DNA of 64,000 nt from a plasmid: NCBI RefSeq assembly GCF_056746865.1, contig NZ_JBWKMP010000003.1; one strand, given 5' to 3'. Below, piece by piece: positions 10,275-20,600 of the stretch (the stretch's first letter is position 1; the number at the start of each line of letters is the position of its first letter). The position numbers and the translations under genes are program-made. The notes under the pieces are model-generated. The model saw nothing but the letters and a program-made list of their open reading frames with translations, searched no databases and was not told the origin of the DNA.

Positions 10275-11273
10275 ATGCAATCACTGAATACCGTTACGGA
10301 TCGCTTCTCCCTGGTAGAGAAAATCCGCAAACACACACCTCAGAACAATCGCAATTACGTTATCCAGTCGGTACGAGACACATTCAACTCGCCAGAAACA
10401 AAAGAGCGTATCGCACTGGGTGAGATGTATGGTTATTACGGTCATGGTCGCCGGGCGATGCACTATAACAAAACGAAAAGCCTGGACTTGCCGGAAGTCT
10501 CTGTTGTGATGGTAGATGGGAAGCCTGTTGTATTGGAGAACGTGCCGTCAAACAGGACTATCGACATTTCAATTGACGACAACGGCATTGTTACCCATAC
10601 ACAGGAAATACTGGATACGGACACCGGACGTATTGTTCAGGGTATGATTAATTCTGGCGCAGGTGGTTGGTCATGGGCTACATCTGGTCCAGATTACTCT
10701 GTATCCCTGGTAAAGTCTTTTCACGGTTTTGATTACGTAACTGTGCCTAACTATATCAGCCTCGACAAGAAAAGCCTGATGCTTGAATCAGCAGAAGAAC
10801 GCGACGCGGCGATTCATGCGGCACTTATCGAACAAGGTTTTACCGATAATGCTGCTACGGATCTGGTTCACCACTTTTCAGCAATGAAGAGTCAGCAAGC
10901 CATATTCGAATCAGCACAACGTGAAGTTCTGGAGTCGGAACTGATACATCTTGAAGTGGAAAATATGCAGCTTCGCGACAAACTACGCGACCAGGCCGCG
11001 ATGATGGAAAGCCAGGGGGAGAACGCGAAGAAATGCCGCCGTATTTTGCGTGATGCTATCCAGGAAATGCCTGTTTTTATCAGCGCAGAACAGCGCCGGG
11101 CGCTCTGCCGTATGCAGTCAGAGGATGATGCACGCATTGTCGCAGCGATGCTTGAATCCCTGGGGGCTAATGCCACTTATGGTCTGCCAATATCAGCCAA
11201 TAAACAACAAGAAATACCGGTGAAAGAGAACAAGACGGTGACTCCGCTGATCTTTGTGTCTAAGAGGATGTGA
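10275..11273 (+). CDS. Putative prohead protease / scaffold (Pro-like)
   Basis: 332 aa; globular N-terminal region followed by a coiled-coil C-terminal segment typical of protease-scaffold fusions; coupled to the upstream gene. Confidence 0.4.
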   Translation: MQSLNTVTDRFSLVEKIRKHTPQNNRNYVIQSVRDTFNSPETKERIALGEMYGYYGHGRRAMHYNKTKSLDLPEVSVVMVDGKPVVLENVPSNRTIDISIDDNGIVTHTQEILDTDTGRIVQGMINSGAGGWSWATSGPDYSVSLVKSFHGFDYVTVPNYISLDKKSLMLESAEERDAAIHAALIEQGFTDNAATDLVHHFSAMKSQQAIFESAQREVLESELIHLEVENMQLRDKLRDQAAMMESQGENAKKCRRILRDAIQEMPVFISAEQRRALCRMQSEDDARIVAAMLESLGANATYGLPISANKQQEIPVKENKTVTPLIFVSKRM

Positions 11274-11387
11274 GCTAAAAGCTAGCTTAATTTTCTAACA
11301 CAGTGTGTTTTTATACACTGTTGATCCGACGGCACGTGATCGAGTAGGATCGCGGTCACTGCTCCGGTAGCGACTGCCAAAAAAAGC

Positions 11388-11412
11388 AAAAGCCGCTGAG
11401 TAGCGGCTTTTG
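11388..11412 (+). terminator. Rho-independent terminator
   Basis: aagccgct-gagt-agcggctt followed by tt. Confidence 0.55.
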
Positions 11413-11472
11413 GGTGTATAAATCCACTGGCATAGATTTATACGGTAGATAGATTTTTCACGGAACTATCTG

Positions 11473-12435
11473 GTGAGTATTTTAAATTCAGTTTCAGTTA
11501 CTTTCAACACTTCTGAGTATAAAAACAACACTGAATACCACAAAAAAATCAAAGGTCATCAGTTGAGTTTTTTTGCTCGTCATAGCGGTTTTCTTTCCCC
11601 TTCACATAGCGCCATTATTGCCGAGTTCGCCAACCTGGCCGGAGCTACCGATGAATACATGATCCGTCGCTCATATGCGGATATGTCCGAGATTACAGGA
11701 CGCAGTATTTCTACTGTGCGCCGGGCATTTGCCGAAGCGACGAAGTGCGGAATGCTTGTTAAACAGCATCAGGTAGCGAATAACAATGCTCAGGTGTGTA
11801 ACGTGTACCGGTTTACAACACAATTTCTCCACTTCATTCATGTAGCAATGGAGATAGGGAGTAAGCAGGGCATCAAATTTGCCAACGCCACAAAACTGGT
11901 TAAGCAGTTGATTTCAAAGGTTCGTTATTTTTTTGAAACTGGGAACCCCCTGTTCAAATTGAACAAGTCCCCCCATGTTCAAAATGAACAGCCAATAGAA
12001 AATAAGAGTCACTCTATAGCCAAAAGAAGAGAAAGATCATGCGCGGTTCAGCCAAAGGCTTCACCAGCAGATAGTTCTCAAGCGGATAATGGGGGGCTGG
12101 ATAAAAAACCAGTAATCAGGGAAGAACATACCAACCACTGCCTGGCGGCGGCAAAAGCGAGAGCTGCAAAGCGTCGTTCAGATGAGGGGCACGCAAAACG
12201 GCAGGCTCTGTATCGTACCGCTGAAAAGCTGGCAAAAAAATTTGCATGGATACGTAGTGCCGCTACAGCAGTGAATAAGCCTAAACAATCCAGTGCCCTG
12301 GATTTCTCAATGGATTATTCTGGCTCCCAGGGGTGTGCAACCATTTGTGAAGCCTTTGACCTGATGAAACAGCGTGGCTATCGGTCTGAATTTGACCGGG
12401 AAGACTGGTCAATTCCGGAGGGCTTTCGGGGATGA
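11473..12435 (+). CDS. Hypothetical protein with a winged-helix/HTH-like segment
   Basis: 320 aa ORF, GTG start by ORF track; segment MSEITGRSISTVRRAFAEATKCGML resembles a DNA-binding helix-turn-helix. Confidence 0.4.
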   Translation: MSILNSVSVTFNTSEYKNNTEYHKKIKGHQLSFFARHSGFLSPSHSAIIAEFANLAGATDEYMIRRSYADMSEITGRSISTVRRAFAEATKCGMLVKQHQVANNNAQVCNVYRFTTQFLHFIHVAMEIGSKQGIKFANATKLVKQLISKVRYFFETGNPLFKLNKSPHVQNEQPIENKSHSIAKRRERSCAVQPKASPADSSQADNGGLDKKPVIREEHTNHCLAAAKARAAKRRSDEGHAKRQALYRTAEKLAKKFAWIRSAATAVNKPKQSSALDFSMDYSGSQGCATICEAFDLMKQRGYRSEFDREDWSIPEGFRG

Positions 12436-12492
12436 TGTTGCGATTGACTGTACAATAACCGTGCGGCGGGAATTTCATCGCTCGAAAATGTA

Positions 12493-12522
12493 TGTTAGGA
12501 AATTAAATTGATGTTTCTAATC
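12493..12522. promoter_or_regulatory. Operator-like inverted half-sites (TGTTAGGAAA ... TTTCTAATCA)
   Basis: Member of the dispersed TGTTAGAAA/TTTCTAACA motif family. Confidence 0.45.
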
Positions 12523-12575
12523 AAGAATGTATGATTTACATTGTCACTAAAAAACAGCATTTGATAAAAATTCTG

Positions 12576-12604
12576 TTGATCTTTCTAATGTTCAGGCTTA
12601 TATT
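12576..12604 (+). promoter_or_regulatory. Sigma70-like promoter with an operator motif in the spacer, driving the immI-like module 1
   Basis: TTGATC, 17-bp spacer containing tttctaatg, then TATATT. Confidence 0.45.
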
Positions 12605-12611
12605 CATGCCG

Positions 12612-12850
12612 TCGTAGCAAATTCTGCGACCAGGTTTGACAGCCTGAATACTTACGCGGACAACCGCACATTTCCGATATTGCGGTATTTTTGTGTCCGT
12701 AAAACCACGTTACGCCCGAATTATGGTGGGGCGTGATGGGGAGGCTTCGGCCTGCTGGTTTCGTAAGTGCCAGTCTGTCAACCCTGTCACGTCCTGCCAC
12801 CTGTTTGACAGCGGGTCGCAGGTTGTTTATCAACTTACGAGGCCGTAACT
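12612..12850 (+). ncRNA. Candidate c4-like antisense RNA / structured leader upstream of the icd-like gene
   Basis: About 240 nt without an ORF between promoter and icd-like start; tttgacag (12632, 12811) complementary to ctgtcaac (12773); P1 immI uses a C4 antisense RNA at the equivalent position. Confidence 0.35.
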
Positions 12851-13075
12851 ATGGTTAATGCCAATCATTGCTCACGTCCAGAATTCATCTGGCGTTTCCA
12901 CTCCCTGCAAAAACATTGTGATCACTTCGCAATTGCCGCAACTGAAAAAGAAGCCCGTTCTCTGATCCCTGATCAGTATGGCGTTCTCACTGGTCGTTTC
13001 TCTACTTCCCCACAACCAAACACTAATCCCTGGTATCGCAATATTACCAATCCCGGCATTGCGGAGGCTCACTGA
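12851..13075 (+). CDS. Icd-like small protein (immI-like module 1)
   Basis: 74 aa; paralogous to 54810-55025 (shared EFIWRF...AATE.EAR motif); stop overlaps the start of the antirepressor-like gene. Confidence 0.55.
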   Translation: MVNANHCSRPEFIWRFHSLQKHCDHFAIAATEKEARSLIPDQYGVLTGRFSTSPQPNTNPWYRNITNPGIAEAH

Positions 13076-13782
13076 TGGATATCTGCATTCTCGAAAAACT
13101 ATCAATGACCAGCATTGAGATTGCGGAGCTGGTGGGAAGTCAACACTCTGACGTTAAACGTAGTATTGAGCGTATGGTTGCTCGAAGCATTATCCGAAAA
13201 CCGCCAATGGCTGTTTTCGAAAAAATCAATAACTTAGGATTGCGTCGTGGCGTTGAGGCTTACGTCTTCGAAGGCGAGCAAGGCAAACGAGACAGCATTA
13301 TTGTCGTTGCGCAGCTCTCTCCCGAATTCACCGCCCGGCTGGTGGACCGCTGGCGCGAACTGGAAGAACAAGTACGCCAGCCGTTGACCGAAATAGAGAT
13401 GATCGCTGCAATGGCTGCGAATGCAGTTCAGCAGCAAAAGCGGCTTCATGCTGTTGAGTCAAAGGTTAGCCAGGTCGCTGAAACCGTCGAGCAGATCAAG
13501 AAAGGCAACATACCAGAAGGCTACATTGGCTACCGCCAACTGGCGGCGAAATGCGGCCTGACTGAAGCCAAATGCCGTAACCTGGTCAACGCTTACCGGA
13601 TCCCCACAGATACGCATGAGTTTTTGACGCCAGAGGGGGTATTGTCGCGTCGTACTATTGTGGCCTTATCTCCCTTCATGAATGCCTTTACCCTGATGAT
13701 GTCGGAGGCTGAACACCGAGGAAAACGCTGGTATCACCCAAGGATGGGGCAATTCCAGGTAATCGGTTGGGGAGGCGAGTGA
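13075..13782 (+). CDS. Antirepressor-like protein (Ant/Rha-KilA-type N-terminal domain), module 1, possibly truncated
   Basis: Paralogous to 55025-55966 over the N-terminal and middle regions (identical block EGEQGKRDSIIVVAQLSPEFTARLVDRWRELE); ORF ends early compared with the paralog. Confidence 0.6.
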   Translation: MDICILEKLSMTSIEIAELVGSQHSDVKRSIERMVARSIIRKPPMAVFEKINNLGLRRGVEAYVFEGEQGKRDSIIVVAQLSPEFTARLVDRWRELEEQVRQPLTEIEMIAAMAANAVQQQKRLHAVESKVSQVAETVEQIKKGNIPEGYIGYRQLAAKCGLTEAKCRNLVNAYRIPTDTHEFLTPEGVLSRRTIVALSPFMNAFTLMMSEAEHRGKRWYHPRMGQFQVIGWGGE

Positions 13783-13979
13783 TGGACATCATGCAGGCGG
13801 TAAAAAAAATCGGGGAAGGACAGGCTGAAGTGTGCCGCCGTAAAGCATGGAGTGTTGGTGTATGGGTCTGGCCTGATAATAGCTCTACTACTGGATGGTT
13901 TTGTATTAATGGATACCAGATCCGGGAAGTCGATTTATCGACGGCGGATGCAGTCGGTAATGATTGGATCGTAACTTGA
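13767..13979 (+). CDS. Separate-frame ORF matching the C-terminal DUF2829-like part of the antirepressor paralog (frameshifted ant or ant2-like)
   Basis: CRRKAWSVGVWVWPDN...ADAVGNDWIVT aligns with the C-terminus of 55025-55966; overlaps the 13075-13782 ORF by 16 nt in another frame. Confidence 0.4.
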   Translation: MGRRVMDIMQAVKKIGEGQAEVCRRKAWSVGVWVWPDNSSTTGWFCINGYQIREVDLSTADAVGNDWIVT

Positions 13980-13987
13980 AGTGTGAT

Positions 13988-14012
13988 GCCCCGGCTTGGC
14001 CGGGGCTTTTTT
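13988..14012. terminator. Bidirectional rho-independent terminator between ant-like (+) and the peptidase gene (-)
   Basis: gccccggc-ttg-gccggggc followed by tttttt. Confidence 0.6.
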
Positions 14013-14496
14013 ATGCCTCATTAGTTGAGGTTGCTGCGTCTCCGACTGGTAACAGAGCTGTATTGCGTGGTTCGCCAGCAGGCCAGCGATAGCCAGACAC
14101 TCTTGATGTTGGGAATGCGCGAATATTAACAGCATCCCCCTGGTTCCCACCCAAGACAAGCAGATCGCCATTGGCGCGGTGTCCGACAACAAAGCCTACA
14201 TGCCCACCGCCTGCGCGAGTAAATACAACGATACATCCGTATGCCGGTGTATCTAATTTCTCGCCCCAATCCAGATAGGATTTTGCCGACTCAAATCTTG
14301 TTGAGCGGATACCTACACGTTCCAGCATTGCACCAACAAATGCAGCGCACCACGGCGTTTCGTCGTCTTTAATTCCGCTGCGCTTAATATCCCGCCAGAA
14401 CTGAACGATCTCAGGATTGTGTTTCGCTCCTTTTATTTCGGTGACTCCAATATTTTTACGGGCCTCAATAAGCCAGCGAGGTTCAATGTTTGCCAT
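14011..14496 (-). CDS. NlpC/P60-CHAP-like protein (TIGR02594-type), putative cell-wall peptidase
   Basis: 161 aa; conserved Cys in PWCAAFV and His in GGGHVGFVV, consistent with a papain-like Cys-His peptidase. Confidence 0.55.
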   Translation of the reverse strand: MANIEPRWLIEARKNIGVTEIKGAKHNPEIVQFWRDIKRSGIKDDETPWCAAFVGAMLERVGIRSTRFESAKSYLDWGEKLDTPAYGCIVVFTRAGGGHVGFVVGHRANGDLLVLGGNQGDAVNIRAFPTSRVSGYRWPAGEPRNTALLPVGDAATSTNEA

Positions 14497-14633
14497 ATAT
14501 TTCTCCCGCTCATGGGTTAATAAGTAGGCAAACTATGGTGAGTATGTGATTTTGACGGTAGTGTCGTTCATCCCTGAAAATAACATTCTCCATACCCTCT
14601 CAAACCGAACCGCTTAAGGCGGATTTAACGGTT

Positions 14634-17600
14634 TTGAGGGGGCTTCCTTTGGACAAAATAATTGATTCAATTAGCCAGGCCACCAGCATTGGGGCGCTGA
14701 TTGAAATTGTTAGTCGGTTGCATAAACCGCGAGCTGTAGTGACCTTTGGCGTTAAGAAAGTCGATGGCGTCAGTATTCAGAAAACACGCCGGACAGCAAA
14801 CAACGCCGCAGTAGATCTTCTTAATTCCCTTCCGCCCGGCTTCGATGGAGCGAAATTAACTGACGAACAGCGTCAGATTCTTGCCGGGTATACCGGTGAA
14901 GGCGGCCTGACAGATGGTGAGGGCAGCCAATACGAATACTATACGCCACAGTTTATGGCAGAAGGTATATGGGATCTCTTCGGCGACTACGGTATTGATA
15001 GCGGTCACGTACTGGAACCGTCAGCAGGCACAGGTATTTTCCAGGAGACAAAACGGCAGGGCATGATAATGACCAGCGCCGAACTGTCTCCGATCTCCGG
15101 TCGAATAAACCAGCTTTTGCACCCGGAAGATGATGTGAATATCGGGGCGTTTGAGGCGCTGGCGGCGAAAGATGCAATGTATGACCACGCAGTTGGTAAC
15201 GTACCGTTTGGCGAAGGGCGTTCCGGCGTCGCCGGGCTTGATCCGGCATATGCAAACGAGAAGAACGTTGGCAATTATTTTGTGCTGCGCACGATCGACA
15301 AGGTTAAGCCTGGTGGGCTAATTGTATTGGTGGTGCCGAATGGCATGACCGATGGTACGAAATACAAAAAATTGCGCGATAAAGTCAGCCGTAAAGCGGA
15401 ATTTTTGGGCGCGCATCGTATGCCTTCTGGTACGTTCAGCGAATCCGGTACAGATACCGTGGTGGACGTATGGGTATTGCGTAAACACCCGGAAACCTTC
15501 CTGGAGATGATCCCCGACACGGATGATGCAACGCTCAAATCGGCAAACGTCCTTTGGGATACCTTCCTCAAAGGGAAATGGTTTACAACCGAAGGGAAGC
15601 GATTTGTTTACGGCGACATGGAACGCACCAGCTTCCGCAATACCCTGGTGGTGAAAAAGGACGGTCGTGTATCCAATGAGTCGATGAAAACCGCGTTATC
15701 ACGCCGCTTTGAAAGCCGTATTAATTGGGATTTGCTCGGAGTAACTACCCAGGCATGGCAGGGCGCAAAAGTAGGGGATAAGCGTCTTGTAGGCGGTATC
15801 TGGCATGAGTTTGATGGCCTGAAATGGGTTAAGGACACGACAACCAAATCCTCCGCGCTTGATGTAAGTCGATATGGTGTTTCGACGTTTGGCGATCTGC
15901 AGATCGCGTTCCAGTCAACAAACGGGATTCTGGCTTTGTCATGGGACCAGATATCGGCGATCGCGTCCGACTATCCATCGGTTGTCAGTGATGAAGTGGC
16001 AGCAATGATTCGCTTTGCTGGCAAACAGCGAGAAAAAGACAGGGAGCGCGTTATGCGCGGTGCGTTGATAGGGCAGTTGATCAACAAGGCACTTGATTTG
16101 CGTAACCTGGGGGTGAACGTTGATGACAAACTGGCAGATGCATCCCGCCTGGCGGCAGCAGAAGTTGCGAAGTATGGACCACCGCACGCGATTAAGCTGA
16201 ATGGGCTTGCTGAAGCTGGCGCTAAAAACTGGATGACGTTCACTGGCAATGTGAAACAGGATGGTTCCACTTCTGACCTTCTGGCAGGGCGACTTGATGT
16301 AACGGATGGTGCTGCCGGTATTGACTTTACACGTCCGGAACAAGTGATAGCACATCTTTTCAGTGATGTAGCCCTTAATCCTATAACGCTGGGCGACTTT
16401 CGTGAGGCGTTTGCTGGTGAACTGCCAGAGGACGACGACGCGGCCCTTGAATACCTGGCGAAATTTGATGATATCGCTATTGATGGGTATGGCTGCCTGC
16501 TGCCGATGGACCGCGCCACCAGCGGCGATATTGTAACCAAAACAGCATTGCTGGTGGGCTGGCGTGATGCATCAACAGGTGAGCAGAAAGCGAACTTTGA
16601 GCGTCAGTTGGCGAAAATCGAAGAGAAACGCATTTTCACGCCACTAAATAAAGTCACCGTTAATCTGAACGCCCGCTGGCTGGATCGCCGCTTGATAAAA
16701 GAGTTCCTGGCAGAGCAGGGCTATGACGAGTTTAAGTACACTGAACCTGATCTGAAGGTCGTCGATGGCATTCTGGTATCTCCGGACGATTACGAAGGTA
16801 AGGACGGGGTATTTACCGGCTATCAGCTACGAACCGTAAACGGCAAAAACGGGAATGAGTTCAAGAAGGCCAACAATAAAGACGGCTTCCTGAACCAGTT
16901 AGAAAACTACCTGAACGGTGTTAAACCGCGTGGGCAGAACGCTAACGAGTACCTGGATAAAATTGCTCAACTGGAAGTTAGCTTTAACGACTGGTTACGC
17001 ACCCACCCGCAGGCGGATCAGATAGCCCGTGACTATAACGACGCATTCAATGGCTTCATTCCGTTCACGCACTCTAACGCACCGCTTGGCCTGGAAGGGA
17101 TTAGTGGAAAGCGCATTCCTCTGACTTATCAGAATGAAGAAGTTCGTCGCTTGTCAGAAGATGGGCGCGGCATCATGGGATTTGGTACCGGGCTGGGTAA
17201 AACCACGACCGCGCTTGCGCTTGAGGCGTATAACTTCGAAACAGGTCGTACTAAACGCACGTGTATTGTTGTTCCGAAGGCGGTTTATCAGAACTGGTAT
17301 CACGAGGCACAGAGCTTCTACAGTGCTGATGCCTTCGCCAATATGATGTTTATCGGTCTGGATGAAGTTCGTGATGACAGCGGAAATATTCTGACCGCTC
17401 CGGTGCTTGATGAAAATGGCGAACCCCGCCTCGACAGTAACGGGCAGCCTCTTACCAGAAATGTTGTGAAAGAGTCCGCCAGCGCCGTTATCGTTCAGCG
17501 CATGAACATGATCCCGTCGTCAAATTGGCGAACGGTCATCATGACAAAAGAACAATTCGCGTCTATCCCGCTACGAGAAAAAACCATCGAGGAGAACTCA

Positions 17601-20600
17601 CAGCAAGCTGTCTTTAATGCTGTGGAAATGGGGCGTCTTGACCTGGCGTCTGGTAAACACCGTGATGCGCAGAAGAAGAACAAGATTAAGGATCAGGCCG
17701 CGAATACCGGTACAACGAAGAAGCAGAATATCCCGTACTTTGAGGATATGAACTTCGATAGCGTGATAGCCGACGAGGGGCATAACTACCGCAACTCCTT
17801 TAATGCCGGGCGTGAAGCGGGACAACTGGCATATTTGCCTAACCCGGCAGTATCCAAGATGGCCCGCGACATGGCTGTAAAAGCTGCGTACATGATGAAA
17901 CGCAACAACGGGCGTGGTGTAGTCATGCTGACGGCAACACCGCTGGTGAACAGTCCGATTGATGCCTTCAACATGCTGTCTACTGTCATTCCGCAGGAAG
18001 AGTGGATGCGCATGGGCATCATTACGCCTGATGATTTCGTTCGTGTGTTTGGTAAAACAGCCACAGTTCAGGTCCAGAAAATTTCCGGGGAAGTGGAAGA
18101 GAAGCAGGGGCTGGTTGGCTTCCAGAACCTTGATGGCCTGCGTGGTATTTTCCATCGCTGGACTACTCTGAAGACTGCTGCGGACGTCGGGGCGACGGTT
18201 AAAATCCCTGATATTGTCGAGAATACCTTGCAGATCCCGATGACAGGGGAGCAGGAGGCTGCTTATGAAGAGCTTCGTAAGCGTGCACAGGAGTTAAGTA
18301 GTAAAGATGCGCTGACGGTTGATGAAAACGGGCATATCACAAACGAAAAACCGGATGATTTCATCTTCTCCATCATCCGCGACATGGATAAGGTTGCTAT
18401 AGATCCGGATCTGTATGCCAGTGCGATTACATTCCAGTTCCCCGTTGAGCTTGCAGACAAGGTAAAAGCTATTGCTGATGCCCTGCCAAAAGTAGCTGGC
18501 GGTAAAGTGGCAGATGATGCAGACGAGGCCGAAGAAGACGGCGCTGGTGGGCTGGTTAGTACGCGCACCAGTAAGGTAGTGAAGACCACCTTTAGTGAAC
18601 ATCCGGCGCATGTTGAAATACGTGCCAGCATTGAACTGGAAGCTGAAATACTGAAGGCCATTGCTGCCGCCGGGATTGATATGCAGCAGGTATCACACCC
18701 AATCCCGCCGAAGTATGCCGCGCTGATCGAAAACCTTCGTGAAGGTCTGAAGAACGGTAAACAAATTGTCTTCATTGATGAAAAAGCCCAGCACCAGAAG
18801 CTGCGCCGTATTATCGCCAGTGCACTGCAAATGCCGGAGCAGGAGATAGGCATTATCAATGCGACGACCGTTAGCCAGGCTGGCGGCATCAAGCTGAAGA
18901 AGGTGAATAAGCCGACTGAACCTACTCCGAATAAAAACGGTGAATACAAAGAAGGGGCATGGGAAACCTACTACAGCAAACTTGCCCAATATGAGGATTA
19001 TCTCTCAGCTAAAAATGATGCTGGCCTTGAGGGTATGGAAGGCATTGCCGCCGACTATAACGAAGGGCGCACGCGCATAATTATCTGTAACAAGAAGGCT
19101 GAAGTAGGTATTAACCTGCATATCGGGACAACCGATATCCACCACCTGACACTACCCTGGACACCAGCCAGTATCGACCAACGAAATGGGCGCGGTGCGC
19201 GCGTAGGTTCACCGCAAGAGAAGGTCAATGTTCACTACTATTGTGGCAAAGGCACATTCGACGACTTCCGTCTGGATACGCTGAAACGTAAGAAAGACTG
19301 GATCAAGATGGTAATGACCTCCGACATGTCAGAGATCGCCAATGGTGATGCGGATGATGCTGATGAACGCGCCATTATGCTGGCGGCAAACCCGGAAGAA
19401 CGCCGCGCAATCATGGCTCGCCAGGCGCAAGAGCGTGAAGAACGTCTGAAACTGAAAGCACAGCGCGAGGCCAACAATGCTCTCGATATCTACCTGAAAG
19501 CGGCAAACGCCGCTGGAAAAGATATCGGCATGATGGAGACAGAACTGAAAAGCGCGATGGAACAGATAGAGTATTACCAGCGAAATCTTGACGACCTGAT
19601 AAAAGCGGGTACGAACAGGAATGGGCAAAAATTCGCGCTTGAGCAGTTGAGTAGCTACAGAAAACGTGCGCGGGTGCTGCGGTTTGCGATCACCAGGGCA
19701 AAAGACGCGGATACCATAATGAAACGCTCTCGTGGTGATGTGGAGCGCGCTATTAAGTCTGGTGTGCTGGATATCAGTATCGATGTTATTCAGAACCCAC
19801 AGGAATATATGCGCACTGACAAGAATATCCTGTTGCATAAAGGTAGTTATTACCGTGCAGTCATTGATGATCGCGAAACAACAGCGATTGTCCGGGTGGA
19901 AAAAATTGACGGTGAAAAAGCACAATACCTCTGCCGTATCGCCTGGCTGGATAGAGCAAGTCGTTACGCTCGATCACCGGGGTCAATCGTTACATTGCCG
20001 TTTGACTCTGTGATTGAAGCGGTAACTTTTGAAGAGGGGGTAGCTGAATCGCGCGCAACGGCTGCGCGTGGTGTTCAGTGCCACCAGCTATCAACAATAC
20101 TTACTCGCGATCAGTTCTATGATGCTATTCGCAATGGGGTAATGAATGTTATTGCTGGTAAACCTGGTAATGCATGGGGCGGTGGGTCAGCTATTAAATA
20201 CTGGGCATATCGCACAGATGATGGTCAGATCGCGCTGTCATCGGCCTATGATGGCGTGATAGGCCAAAAAATCGGGCGAGCATCGGATATAGCACCTGAA
20301 CGATGGATATATCCAGATGGCAACGATGAGGCGCTGAAGCGTGAAGTGGCAAAAATACAAGCCAGTGATAACCCGCTGAATATCGTGGACGGCGAGGGAT
20401 TCCTCCAGGCATTGTATGGGTATGATTACATCCAGGGAATGCAGGCATGGGGCGCACAGGCAACGATGGATGATGTTGTCCAGGAGTTCGAAAACTGGAT
20501 GGCTGGGCGTGGTCTGTCAGGTCGTTCGCTTAATAAAGTCACTTCTGAAGATATTCTTAGCTTGTTCCGCAAACCGTCCGGAGAAGGTCTGGAATCATTC

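Noticed and set aside
15971-16540. 189-aa minus-strand ORF, and other antisense ORFs inside the darB-like gene (e.g. 17598-18155, 18263-18949, 19329-19925)
   Set aside because: They are antisense to a 6.8 kb ORF with clear domain motifs, have low-complexity Ser/Ala/Arg-rich translations and no RBS; typical shadow ORFs.
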